Source: Nitrospinaceae bacterium (GTDB lineage: Bacteria; Nitrospinota; Nitrospinia; Nitrospinales; Nitrospinaceae). From it: DNA of 64,000 nucleotides. Of this stretch, positions 11,059 to 20,857 are shown piece after piece. Under the pieces are notes generated by a model. The model did no database searches. It had not been told where the DNA came from and saw nothing but the letters and a program-made list of their open reading frames with translations. The stretch spans positions 4,064,001 to 4,128,000 of the forward strand of contig OZ245011.1 in NCBI GenBank assembly GCA_965223665.1, read 5' to 3'. Each line of letters starts with the position of its first letter. Position 1 is the first letter of the stretch. The position numbers were made by a program, and so were the translations under genes.

Positions 11059-12194
11059 GCTAATGACTTCGAATGAGTGTTTAGAAGTTGTTCGAGTTCT
11101 TTTGCAGTTTGTCTGTTTCCCTGATTTTGCAATTCTCTAATCAGCTTTTTGCAAGCCATAGGAGACCTAATGATGTTAAGTAAGATTGAGGGGTAAACTG
11201 GACCTAGCTCAGCTTCAAAAATCAAATCGAATGAATTTTGAAACTTGATGTTCTTGGACTTAAAATTAATCCAGAATTTTGGATCGTTGCCTTTTATAAT
11301 TAATTGACCTTTTTGTTTGTGAATTTCCTTGGTTTCAACAGGAAAACTATTCAAGTCAATTATTTTATTCTCTGAATTATTTTTAAAAATTATCCTGCTT
11401 CTTTGAATTGAAAAACGGGTCCATTGTGTGGGCTCTATTCGAATCCTTTTATAAGTACCTTTGGGAAGTTGAACCTTGAAATTTATTTTGTAGTTCTGAG
11501 TTTTTTTGGGAAATAGCTGGGCTTTTTCATTGGTATTAAATCGGTCTCCAGTATCCCAGTAGACCTCCCAATAACGTTTATCCATTCCATTCCAAATTCT
11601 TTTCCAGTATTCATGTGAAATAAGAAAAGCTTTAGAAACTTGCCCATCATTAATTAGGGATTCCGCATAAAGAGAGAGGGTTTGAAAACTATTTGGGAAA
11701 TCTTGGTAAAGGTTTTGAAGTTTTGATAAAGAAAGTTTTTCATTTGTATTCAGCAGACTAAGAAGCTCTATCTTTTTTAAACGTGCCCAAAGATTATGTG
11801 AATCGAAATTTAGGTAGCTCTCTACCGTATTGAGAGCTTTCTTGTATTGTAGGTTTTTTTCTTGCGCAAAAATCAGATTTTGAAAAGTATCGCTTTTTAT
11901 TCGACTTAGTCGATCAAATTTTTTGACCGACTCAAATTCGTCTAAAAGCATCTCTAATTTAGCTGCAGCCTCAGGGTAATTGTTATTTTTTAATTCTGTG
12001 AAGGCCGTACTAAGACTTAATCGATATTGAAATTGATAAAGACCCATAAGGCCTTTACCAAGGGTATCAATAAGACTTGGAAAAGCAGCCCATGTGATAG
12101 CTAAAGCTAAATGCCAGGCAGCAAGCAAAGCTAAGGTGAGCAAAATGTGGTGGTTTAACTTATGATATTTCATGCCTTTTGTAGACAAAGACAA
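11055..12194 (-). CDS. membrane-anchored hypothetical protein (TPR-like helices plus beta domain), partner of CotH copy 1
   Basis: 379 aa, one N-terminal TM, GMDKRYWEVYWDTGDRFN motif shared with 14087..15625; ATGA overlap with the CotH gene. Confidence 0.75.
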   Translation of the reverse strand: MSLSTKGMKYHKLNHHILLTLALLAAWHLALAITWAAFPSLIDTLGKGLMGLYQFQYRLSLSTAFTELKNNNYPEAAAKLEMLLDEFESVKKFDRLSRIKSDTFQNLIFAQEKNLQYKKALNTVESYLNFDSHNLWARLKKIELLSLLNTNEKLSLSKLQNLYQDFPNSFQTLSLYAESLINDGQVSKAFLISHEYWKRIWNGMDKRYWEVYWDTGDRFNTNEKAQLFPKKTQNYKINFKVQLPKGTYKRIRIEPTQWTRFSIQRSRIIFKNNSENKIIDLNSFPVETKEIHKQKGQLIIKGNDPKFWINFKSKNIKFQNSFDLIFEAELGPVYPSILLNIIRSPMACKKLIRELQNQGNRQTAKELEQLLNTHSKSLA

Positions 12195-12308
12195 AAGTTT
12201 GAAATTTAATTAGTATTTTCAGAATAAAAATTACTTCAATTCTTTACTTTGCTTATCGGTATGTTTCTTGGGGGAGTTGAATATTATGGAAATCAGCTAA
12301 ATTAAAAA

Positions 12309-14048
12309 CTAAGAAGGAATTATTTGAAAGAAATCTTGGAAGCTATGTGGAGAGATATACTCACTTTTTTTTGCTGATATAAAATCTCCGATTCCAAAGT
12401 AGCCACTTATTTCTTGTAGTTGATTTCCTTTCGGAAGATTTTCAAGAGTTAATTGATAAAATGCCGGTTCCGATTTTAATCTCCTGGAAATAAGAGGATG
12501 ATGTCCTTTAGTAATTAATTTAAATCTACTGGAAAGAGAAAGGTTTAACTCAAGTTGGTTTTTTTGTGATTTCATAAAATTTGAAATATCTTTATAAAGC
12601 ATTTTTCCATTTTTAACAAAACCAATTCTTCCTTTTACCTTATTTGGAAGATTGTGGGTAAATGTTAGCTTCAGTTTTTCTAAAGCTTTTCTTCCCTGAA
12701 ATTGAATTTGAATAGTCTTTTCTTTAGGGAGATATTTATATTGAATAGGTTTTTTTAAGGTCAAAAATCCTTCTTGAACCTCCTTGAATGTTTGTTCAAT
12801 AGTTAAGAGGAATTTATTTATGGCCCGCCGAACTTCCTCAGGACTGAGAGATTGATAATCGACCACAATTAAATTAGGGTCTTTTTCTACTTCTATTTTG
12901 AGTTGTTTTGCTATTTCTTTTGCTTTTTGAAGAAAAACCTTATCCTTGCCCATTTCAAAGAATTCTTTAATTACTTTTTCGCGTGCCCGAATAAAATTTA
13001 AATTCTGGTGGAGTACTTGGTGTATCGGACTTGAAATTATATCTAACTGTGTTCCGACGGTATCATTTATCCAATAGGGATTCCATCCAACAGGATCCCA
13101 AACAATTGGTTCAAATTTGTTGGTTTTGGGATCTAAGTATAAGCGCCAATTATGAGCTTGATCGTAATGAAATGTTTGGCTTAATGTTTCAAAGGCGCTG
13201 AATCGAGCCCAAGATTCTAAGTTAATGAGTTCTAATAATTGTTTTTGTGTTTTTGCGGTTTGTTCCGCCATTACTAATTTGCACAAGTTAAATAAAGGAT
13301 ATTTTAGACTTGAAAACTCCTTTGTGTTTTGATTCTTAATTTTCCAAATTTGGGGATGGTCAAATAAGTTTCTATTTATCCCAGAATGTCGATCATTTTT
13401 TACCAATTCACCTGAAAAAAGGGTTCCAGAACTTTTAGCATGTCTTTTTAAAGTTTGATTTCCTAATTGTTCTACTAAAAGATGAATTCCTTTATTCTTT
13501 CCATTGAGGTTTAGATTGATGAATTCGAAGTGAGGAGTAATTAATCCCATTGTTTTTGCTAGTTGATATCCCAAAAAATTACTAAGATGATCTGAGCTTT
13601 TAGGTATGATTAAATTAAAACTTTTGAGATTTTGGAAAGTTAAATTCTTTTTAATTTTAATTCTTAGGGATTTTTTTTTGTAAGCCCAATGGTAGTGAAA
13701 ATCGCCTCGATAACGGGTTTTTACTTTTAAGGCATTTTTGCTATCAATCAAAAAACCGTTTACATAATCAAATCCTGATTGAGGAAGTTTTTTGTTAAGT
13801 TGTTTAAGATTGTTATGTGGAATAATGAGATTTATTGTTTGAAAATGTTTTTTATTTTTATTGGCTAGTACCCAGGGAGAAAGAAAATTGAGTTGAAGAG
13901 ACCGTAATTGATGTTTAAACTCCATTTCTCCAATTTGACGGAGAGATGCGGGAAAGGGAGAAGTATTAAAGGTAATTCCAAAATCATAAAATCTTTTTCC
14001 TGTATGCCATGCCCAATTGATTCCAAACAAAATAATTGGAACCATCAA
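12309..14048 (-). CDS. CotH kinase family protein (copy 2); true start may be ATA at 14090
   Basis: KTRYRGDFHYHW..KKSLRIK, GIHLLVEQ, HYDQAHNW.LYLDP...FEPIVWD; colinear with copy 1. Confidence 0.85.
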   Translation of the reverse strand: MMVPIILFGINWAWHTGKRFYDFGITFNTSPFPASLRQIGEMEFKHQLRSLQLNFLSPWVLANKNKKHFQTINLIIPHNNLKQLNKKLPQSGFDYVNGFLIDSKNALKVKTRYRGDFHYHWAYKKKSLRIKIKKNLTFQNLKSFNLIIPKSSDHLSNFLGYQLAKTMGLITPHFEFINLNLNGKNKGIHLLVEQLGNQTLKRHAKSSGTLFSGELVKNDRHSGINRNLFDHPQIWKIKNQNTKEFSSLKYPLFNLCKLVMAEQTAKTQKQLLELINLESWARFSAFETLSQTFHYDQAHNWRLYLDPKTNKFEPIVWDPVGWNPYWINDTVGTQLDIISSPIHQVLHQNLNFIRAREKVIKEFFEMGKDKVFLQKAKEIAKQLKIEVEKDPNLIVVDYQSLSPEEVRRAINKFLLTIEQTFKEVQEGFLTLKKPIQYKYLPKEKTIQIQFQGRKALEKLKLTFTHNLPNKVKGRIGFVKNGKMLYKDISNFMKSQKNQLELNLSLSSRFKLITKGHHPLISRRLKSEPAFYQLTLENLPKGNQLQEISGYFGIGDFISAKKSEYISPHSFQDFFQIIPS

Positions 14049-14086
14049 TACCCAACCCCATCTTAGAAAGATTTTTAAAAATTTTT

Positions 14087-15625
14087 TTATGATAATTGCC
14101 CCTTTAAATGAACTAAAGTAATATCGTCAACTGATTTGGGAAGTCTAAAGTTAAAGAATGGATCATCCCCTACGGATTTGAAAATATTTTCTTGGCGAGT
14201 CATATTATGTGTAGTAATTTCGAGTGAAACTGGATCTAATATGGTTGAATTAGAATGCGTCTTAATTTCTATGGTATTGAGTTTGTATTCCTTTGGAAAA
14301 ACATGAGGAAAATCTATTCTTAGATGACTAATTTTAGTTTTAATTGGAAAAGTTACTTCAAAATGATTTCCCTTTGAGAAAATTGTTTGTTGAATCTTTG
14401 AATTTTGTTCCTTAAAAGAAGTGTTTCCGTTTTTCCAAAATAATTGAATAATAAATGGCTGTCGATTATTGGCTTTATCAGTAATCTTGATAATTCCATT
14501 CCGAAAAATTTTTGTGGAACTCCAAACGTTTTTTAGTTTAGTTGCTTTTTCTGCCTTAAGTTTATTTAAAAGATTTTTAAAGTCTTTTTGATTATCCAAC
14601 ATTAACTCAATTGAGTTTGGATATATAGGGGAGGATTTCCCTTCTATAATTACTTCAAAAGCTTCTTTGAAAATTGTGGGCTGAGGATTTAAAGGAAACC
14701 ATAATTGAGGGTCTTGTTTATTGGGGATCAACCCAAAATTAGAGTCCTGGATATTCCAAAAATTATGTGGAATTATACTTTCATCATAAAAATACGATTG
14801 ATTTTTATTTTTCAATGTTACTTTTAGATCAGATACCAGTATCCGAGACCAGTCAACCGGGTCTATGCGAATTTTTTGATAGTGTCCTTTGGGAAGTTTT
14901 GCAATGATTTGAAATCGATTATTGTCTAATTTTTTTGGAAATACTCCGGCCATTTGCCCAGAATTGAAATTTTTTCCTGTGTCCCAGTAAATTTGCCAAT
15001 ATCGTTTGTCCATTCCCTCCCAAGCTCGCTCCCAATATTGGTAAGATTCTTTAAAAGCTTGAGTTAGTTTTCCTTCAGCGATGAGTAGTTCAACATAAAC
15101 GTTCAATGCTTCGAAACTGTTTGGATATTTTTTAAATAAATCTCTGGCAAGCGATTTAATTTTCCAGGTAGGAGAATTTTCTTTTTTAAGGAAGTTGATT
15201 TTTTTTATTTTTGGCCACAAATTATTTGGGTCAAAAAGTTGAAACTTGTCTGTCCAATCCAAAGCTTCCTTAAGTTTATTTTGATTATTCAAATTAAAAA
15301 TTAATTCCTTGAGTGCATTTACTTTAATGTTTTCTAATCTATCAAAGGGTTTTACATCTTCAAGGTGGTTTAGGAGTTCTTTTAATTGGTCGTTTGCTAT
15401 TTTTCCAGAGCCATTTTTTATATTGTTAATTGCTGTATCTAGTTCAGATTTATATTTTAATTGAGAGATTTTTATTAACCCTTTTCCAACCTTGTCTATA
15501 AAATGAGGAAAATTTATCCAAACAATTAATAGACCAATAAACAGAGTAGATAATGTTGAAATTGCAAAAAATCCATACTTTTTCAAACGATAAATTAAAA
15601 GTTTGTTTGAAGGTTCTCTTAACAT
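14087..15625 (-). CDS. membrane-anchored hypothetical protein, partner of CotH copy 2
   Basis: 512 aa, N-terminal TM, GMDKRYWQIYWDTGKNFN...IRIDP, plus a second related domain (QLFW...F.E...LRIDF...GDDPFF). Confidence 0.75.
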   Translation of the reverse strand: MLREPSNKLLIYRLKKYGFFAISTLSTLFIGLLIVWINFPHFIDKVGKGLIKISQLKYKSELDTAINNIKNGSGKIANDQLKELLNHLEDVKPFDRLENIKVNALKELIFNLNNQNKLKEALDWTDKFQLFDPNNLWPKIKKINFLKKENSPTWKIKSLARDLFKKYPNSFEALNVYVELLIAEGKLTQAFKESYQYWERAWEGMDKRYWQIYWDTGKNFNSGQMAGVFPKKLDNNRFQIIAKLPKGHYQKIRIDPVDWSRILVSDLKVTLKNKNQSYFYDESIIPHNFWNIQDSNFGLIPNKQDPQLWFPLNPQPTIFKEAFEVIIEGKSSPIYPNSIELMLDNQKDFKNLLNKLKAEKATKLKNVWSSTKIFRNGIIKITDKANNRQPFIIQLFWKNGNTSFKEQNSKIQQTIFSKGNHFEVTFPIKTKISHLRIDFPHVFPKEYKLNTIEIKTHSNSTILDPVSLEITTHNMTRQENIFKSVGDDPFFNFRLPKSVDDITLVHLKGQLS

Positions 15626-15678
15626 AAAGTCGGAAATAAAATTTATAGTTTATGAATTAAAGAAGCCTAAATTGATTT

Positions 15679-16365
15679 TTATACTTCAAAAAATGATTCT
15701 GCTTTTTGGTAATCAATAGGAGTACCGATATCTAAAAAGGATTTTTCACTTTTAAATGGACATGGATTGAGCTTGCTTAAATACGGTTCCAGAAAATCCT
15801 TTTCCAGAGAAAATTTCTTCGGGAGTGAAAATAGTTCAAAAATTGTTGGAGATACTATATAGGCACCAGAATTAATCCATCCGGGTCCCGAATTTCCTTT
15901 TTCACAAAAAGTAATGATTTTGTCATTCCTTAATTCAACTGCCCCATACCTTGAAGTATCTTTTACTTGACACAACGCTATAGTCAATAAGGAGTTTTTG
16001 CTAATATGTTTTTTGAACATTTGATCAAAATCAATGGGACAAAATGTGTCTCCGTTTAATACGAAAGTAGGGACGGGTTTTGCAAAGGTTAAAGACTGTT
16101 TGATGGCTCCTCCTGTGCCTAATGGTTCCGATTCTACAGAGTAGGTAATTTTAAAAGGACCAAAAGTTGTTCCAAAATAATCCTTAATATATTGCGCCTT
16201 ATATCCAACAGAAAGAATGATTTCATTGAATGAAAAAGATTTTAAATGATTTAGTAAATAATATAAGAAGGGTTTCCCCCTAACTGGAGCCATGGGCTTA
16301 GGGATATCAGAAATTAGAGATTGGAGCCGAGTTCCTCTTCCTCCGGCGAGAATAATAGCCTGCAT
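15679..16365 (-). CDS. hddC: D-glycero-alpha-D-manno-heptose 1-phosphate guanylyltransferase
   Basis: ILAGGRGTRL, PKPM, EPLGTGGA, NGDT, FLDIGTP; adjacent to hddA. Confidence 0.85.
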   Translation of the reverse strand: MQAIILAGGRGTRLQSLISDIPKPMAPVRGKPFLYYLLNHLKSFSFNEIILSVGYKAQYIKDYFGTTFGPFKITYSVESEPLGTGGAIKQSLTFAKPVPTFVLNGDTFCPIDFDQMFKKHISKNSLLTIALCQVKDTSRYGAVELRNDKIITFCEKGNSGPGWINSGAYIVSPTIFELFSLPKKFSLEKDFLEPYLSKLNPCPFKSEKSFLDIGTPIDYQKAESFFEV

Positions 16366-16398
16366 GATTCTGTGTGATGTGTTGAGATTATAAAAAAA

Positions 16399-17433
16399 TT
16401 ATTCAACTCGCCAGCTTTGAGCTCCAATTTTTGTGAAGTGACAATCCATGACTTGTCCGTCTCCATTAAATTGTTTGAGAGTTTTTATAACTTCTAACTT
16501 GCGGCAAGGGTCAACTATGAACATCATAAATCCTCCTCCACCAGCACCTGAAACCTTTCCAGAACAAGCACCGGCTTTTAGAGCAGCATTATAAATTTCA
16601 TCTATTTTTGAATTTGAAATATTTTTCGCTGTCCCTTTCTTAGCTTCCCAGGATTTACCCATGTAGTGCGAAAATTTTTTGATCTCCCCCTTCAGGATAC
16701 TTTCTTTCATTCTAAGAGCATCTTCTTTTAGATGCTTCATTGAGGAGATGGAGTCTTCATTGCTTTCCTTAACATTTTTTTCCTGTTCATCAATGATGGC
16801 GGCGGATTCTCGAGAAACACCTGTGTAGTATAAAATGAGAGAAGCTTCCAGTTCCGATAAAATCCAACTTTTTATTCTCAAAGGATTCACGATTACTCTA
16901 TCATCAGAGTAGAATTCCATAAAGTTGAACCCCCCAAAAGCCGCGGCATATTGATCTTGTTTTCCACCGTTCCAACCTAAATCTTTTCGTTCGATTTCAT
17001 ATGCTAAATGTGCAAGCTCGTATTCTCCTAATGGAATATTGAGGTATTCACAAAAGGCCTGGAGTAGGGCTACTACAACAGTGGAAGAAGATCCTAGCCC
17101 GGAGCCTGAAGGTGCGTCGGAAAAAGTTTTTATAGTTAATGGTAATGGCTGACCATTGTTAAATTGCTTTATAATCCGATTGTACACACTTTTATGCAAA
17201 CTTAAAAAACCATTTCCTCCTAATTGATCCGTGAGATTGGTTTCAAAAGATTCATCGCGGTCTAAGGCCTTGAGGTAGATTTTATTGTTTGGGTTGGTTT
17301 CTATTGTAGCGAAAGCATACATGTCTATGGTGGCATTCAGGATGTAACCACCAAATAAGTCACAAAAAGGAGAAACATCAGTTCCCCCTCCTCCTAGCCC
17401 TAATCTGAGTGGAGCTCTAGAACGAACAATCAT
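16399..17433 (-). CDS. hddA: D-glycero-alpha-D-manno-heptose 7-phosphate kinase (GHMP family)
   Basis: [46 protein letters not shown]. Confidence 0.92.
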   Translation of the reverse strand: MIVRSRAPLRLGLGGGGTDVSPFCDLFGGYILNATIDMYAFATIETNPNNKIYLKALDRDESFETNLTDQLGGNGFLSLHKSVYNRIIKQFNNGQPLPLTIKTFSDAPSGSGLGSSSTVVVALLQAFCEYLNIPLGEYELAHLAYEIERKDLGWNGGKQDQYAAAFGGFNFMEFYSDDRVIVNPLRIKSWILSELEASLILYYTGVSRESAAIIDEQEKNVKESNEDSISSMKHLKEDALRMKESILKGEIKKFSHYMGKSWEAKKGTAKNISNSKIDEIYNAALKAGACSGKVSGAGGGGFMMFIVDPCRKLEVIKTLKQFNGDGQVMDCHFTKIGAQSWRVE

Positions 17434-17439
17434 AATTAA

Positions 17440-18177
17440 TTAATTTAATTCAGAATCGTTATTAAATGGAGGGTTTTTGATGTTTCCCTTTTTTAAATTG
17501 TCCAAATCATCGCGGTATTGGTTTAAATGAATTCTTATTTCATGGGTTGTCTCATTGGTTAGCGGGATTTTCCCACCATTTTTTATTTCGCTACTGAATC
17601 TTTTTCTTAAAACCACCTCAATTCCACATTCTCCAACAGGAGTTAAAGTTTGGTCAAATCTTGGAAGGTTGTAACGAAATGTAGAGTCTAAAAACTCAAT
17701 TTTGATTATTTCAGTTTGATCAGAGAATTTTGTTATTAGACCAAATAGATTTATTGATTTTGGGCTCCAGGAATTTTTTTTGTGGATCGTAAACGTCCAT
17801 TTGTGATCTTTGTTGTATGTGCTTGGAAAAACTCCTTGCTCATACAGGTCTTCATCCGGGACAGTGAAAATAATGTGCCCGCCTGGTTTAATGACTCGGA
17901 TCCAATTTTGTAAGGCAATTTGGGGATCTTCCAAGTGCTCCAAGCAATGACTGCTATGTAAAAAATCAAATTGCCCTTCTTCTAAGTTAGATAAGAATTG
18001 ACCATCTCCATCTTCTTTATCCCAAGTTTTAATGCTAATTACTTTTGAAAATAATTCAGAATACAGGTTTAATGGATCCGGTTTTCCGCCAATATCGATT
18101 CCATTTCCCACAAAGTACTTATTAATAAAATTAGGATTAGATAATCTTCGGTATATAGATTTACTACATTCTTTCAT
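17440..18177 (-). CDS. class I SAM-dependent methyltransferase
   Basis: GIDIGG, FDFLHSSHCLEH, W.RVIKPGGH...VPD. Confidence 0.85.
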   Translation of the reverse strand: MKECSKSIYRRLSNPNFINKYFVGNGIDIGGKPDPLNLYSELFSKVISIKTWDKEDGDGQFLSNLEEGQFDFLHSSHCLEHLEDPQIALQNWIRVIKPGGHIIFTVPDEDLYEQGVFPSTYNKDHKWTFTIHKKNSWSPKSINLFGLITKFSDQTEIIKIEFLDSTFRYNLPRFDQTLTPVGECGIEVVLRKRFSSEIKNGGKIPLTNETTHEIRIHLNQYRDDLDNLKKGNIKNPPFNNDSELN

Positions 18178-18207
18178 AATTATGAATTTGAAGTTTTTGG
18201 TTTGTTT

Positions 18208-20793
18208 TTAAGCTAACTCTAAAAACTTTAAACGGCTCAGATAACGTTCACCTATTGTTTTCGAGTTATGATTTAATTGAATATGGTCTCTAGCTTTCAT
18301 TCCAATTAATTTTCTAAAGGATTCATCTTTGAATATTTTTTTCATATGCCAAGAAGCATGATCAATATCTGGGTTTGCCCAAACTTGGTTCTTCCCAAAT
18401 GGGTACTCATTTTCTCTTACAGGAATTAATTCGTAGTCAACTAAGCAGGAGTTGGTTTGGTCCATGAAATCTGTGTTTCCTGAATAATTAGTGCCTATGG
18501 TGGGTTTTCCTAGAAGCATAGCTTCCGCGAGTCCTCTTCCAAATCCTTCTGATCTATGAAGAGAAATAAAGCTGTCGCAGACATTGACAAGCCCTTTTAC
18601 TTCATTAGGCATAAGAACGGTATCCAAAAAAATGATTCTAGGATCACCTTTTATTTTTTGGAGTAATTCATTGTATCCACTAAGGTCAGTTTCCTTTCTC
18701 ATAGTTTTTATTACAATTCCAACTGGAGCATTTTTTTCTGGAAACGCTCTTTTAAAAGCTTCAATACAAGCATTTGGATTTTTTCGTGCTATGAATGAAC
18801 CAAAATCAAAGAAAAACAAAAACAAGAATTTGTTTTCAGGTAAATTAAAATGTTTCCGATCAAATTGCGGATATTTGAAATCCACCGCTAATGGCATATG
18901 CAAAACGGGTTTTTTTGATAAAGGAGAAATAGAATTTTGAATAAATGTGGAGGGAGACCAAATTTCATCTAATAAATTAAGTGGTTCTAACCATTCTTTG
19001 GGAAATTGGCTTAATTCCCAAGCCCAGTATCCTATATTATAACGATTATTTACATTCTCGGTTCCTAATTTTGAGATAGCGTATTGAATGGAATCAGCAT
19101 TTACGTTAAAAAGATTAACAGAGTAGGGATTGTTTTTTGAAATATATTTTTCGAACTGGTTGTCTCTCTGGGAAATCTCTTCGCAAGGAAGATCCCAAAT
19201 TATAAAAGATGTTTCCATTTCAGAAAAAGACTTTGCGACTAATCGGACGTGTTCACCCATTCCAATTTCTGCTCGTGCATAACCAATTAGATTGACTCCT
19301 TTCTTTATGTCCTGTGTTTCGCATCCAATAGGTCTGAGATTTTCCTTGTTTGGGGAAAGAGAAGTCTTCTGGTCTAAATCAAAAGCATTTCTAAAGAAAT
19401 AGGTTTTTATCTTTGACCTGAATTCAGGGCTTAGCCGCCTATAAAAAAAGCTAAAGCGTTTATAGTTTTGTAAGGACCACTGATTTATTTTTGAATATAA
19501 AGAGCCAAAAGATCTTTGAATAAGGGATGTTTTCGGATTTTCATAGGTCGGTTCAAGGCTAGATAGATCATTCTCTTTTTTCAAAGGGCATGGAGCTATA
19601 AAAGTTTTTTCTAATTTTAGTTCCTTTTCCGCAGAATTTAAAAACCATCCTATAAACTTATTCTGATCGCTTAAACGACTTAAGTCGAAGGCTTTTCTTA
19701 AATCTTTCCGATCTTTCCAAATTTGATACATTAAACGGGTTATTAAGGGCCTATCGTTCCTTTGGATATCCGGGGAAGGCTCATTAAAAAAATTAACATC
19801 AATTGAAAAGGGATCACTTGTTTTTATAAAGTTTTGGTCTAAAGTATCTCGAAAAATTGCACGCATAGCACTGGAAATTTTTTCACCGCTAATAAATTCC
19901 CCATATGCATATGGCCATTGAATGCACTCGTCAAAATGATTTTTTTTGACACGGTCAATATATTCAGAATATAAGTCTTTTAATTTTCCTATATTGCTAA
20001 TTGAGAAGCGATTTTGATGTTTAGAAAATATTTTGGGGTTTTTTAGATCAATTCCACTGAAATGGAAAAACCTTAATGGTTCTCCTTTGGCTAACCAGGC
20101 GTCACCATCTTTTTCAATTTGCCTTTGAAAAAGATTCCAATAAGCGGTGTTGTAGCCGGGATTTTTTAATATCTTGATGTTTTTAAATATGCAGGGAACC
20201 AAATCCATCCATTTTTGGTCAACAAAAATTCCTTCTTCTAAATTTATGGTGCAGTTTTTTTCGCAGTGCTTTGACCACCAATGAATTAAATTTTCACCCT
20301 CCTCAACTTTGTTAATTGCTATGAAGCCCAAGTTATACAAACCGGCTTTTAGCATATCAATTTCATTAGGTTGAAGACGGTCAGTTATGGGCTCACAAAT
20401 ATGCGGAGTGAGAACAGCAGTGGCACCCTCAGCCAGATAATTTTCAATGTGATCTAGCTTTCCCAATAAAAGGATATCAGGGTCGAGGTAAATCGCGGAT
20501 TGACAATCGGTGTTTTCAAAAAGCCATTCAAACATGTATGGCTTGACAGCGGTATTAAATTCTATAATTTCATAGCGGAAGGCAAAGTTTTTAAAATTGG
20601 CTATGTCAAGTTGATGGGCTTCAATGACTTTAAAGCTTTCATTTGCGGGATCAAAATATCCATCAATTTTATCTGCTAAACAAACATAAAGAGGATTGTT
20701 GGGATAAAACTGCTTAACTGACGCCATTAAGGTTCTAGCCAGAGCTAAATAATTTTTTGAAACAATGGTAAAAATTGCTGTTTTATTTTTCAT
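18208..20793 (-). CDS. bifunctional glycosyltransferase (GT-A/GT8-like N-term, GT4 C-term)
   Basis: N-term EFNTAVKP, YLDPD, NLGF, DQKW; C-term YWAWEL, RKNP, SLHRSEGFG..LAEAM..GKP. Confidence 0.88.
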   Translation of the reverse strand: MKNKTAIFTIVSKNYLALARTLMASVKQFYPNNPLYVCLADKIDGYFDPANESFKVIEAHQLDIANFKNFAFRYEIIEFNTAVKPYMFEWLFENTDCQSAIYLDPDILLLGKLDHIENYLAEGATAVLTPHICEPITDRLQPNEIDMLKAGLYNLGFIAINKVEEGENLIHWWSKHCEKNCTINLEEGIFVDQKWMDLVPCIFKNIKILKNPGYNTAYWNLFQRQIEKDGDAWLAKGEPLRFFHFSGIDLKNPKIFSKHQNRFSISNIGKLKDLYSEYIDRVKKNHFDECIQWPYAYGEFISGEKISSAMRAIFRDTLDQNFIKTSDPFSIDVNFFNEPSPDIQRNDRPLITRLMYQIWKDRKDLRKAFDLSRLSDQNKFIGWFLNSAEKELKLEKTFIAPCPLKKENDLSSLEPTYENPKTSLIQRSFGSLYSKINQWSLQNYKRFSFFYRRLSPEFRSKIKTYFFRNAFDLDQKTSLSPNKENLRPIGCETQDIKKGVNLIGYARAEIGMGEHVRLVAKSFSEMETSFIIWDLPCEEISQRDNQFEKYISKNNPYSVNLFNVNADSIQYAISKLGTENVNNRYNIGYWAWELSQFPKEWLEPLNLLDEIWSPSTFIQNSISPLSKKPVLHMPLAVDFKYPQFDRKHFNLPENKFLFLFFFDFGSFIARKNPNACIEAFKRAFPEKNAPVGIVIKTMRKETDLSGYNELLQKIKGDPRIIFLDTVLMPNEVKGLVNVCDSFISLHRSEGFGRGLAEAMLLGKPTIGTNYSGNTDFMDQTNSCLVDYELIPVRENEYPFGKNQVWANPDIDHASWHMKKIFKDESFRKLIGMKARDHIQLNHNSKTIGERYLSRLKFLELA

Positions 20794-20857
20794 TTAGATT
20801 TGAATGAAGCTAAAAGAATAAAATAGGAAAAATATATTGAACCGAATGGTTTCTTTT

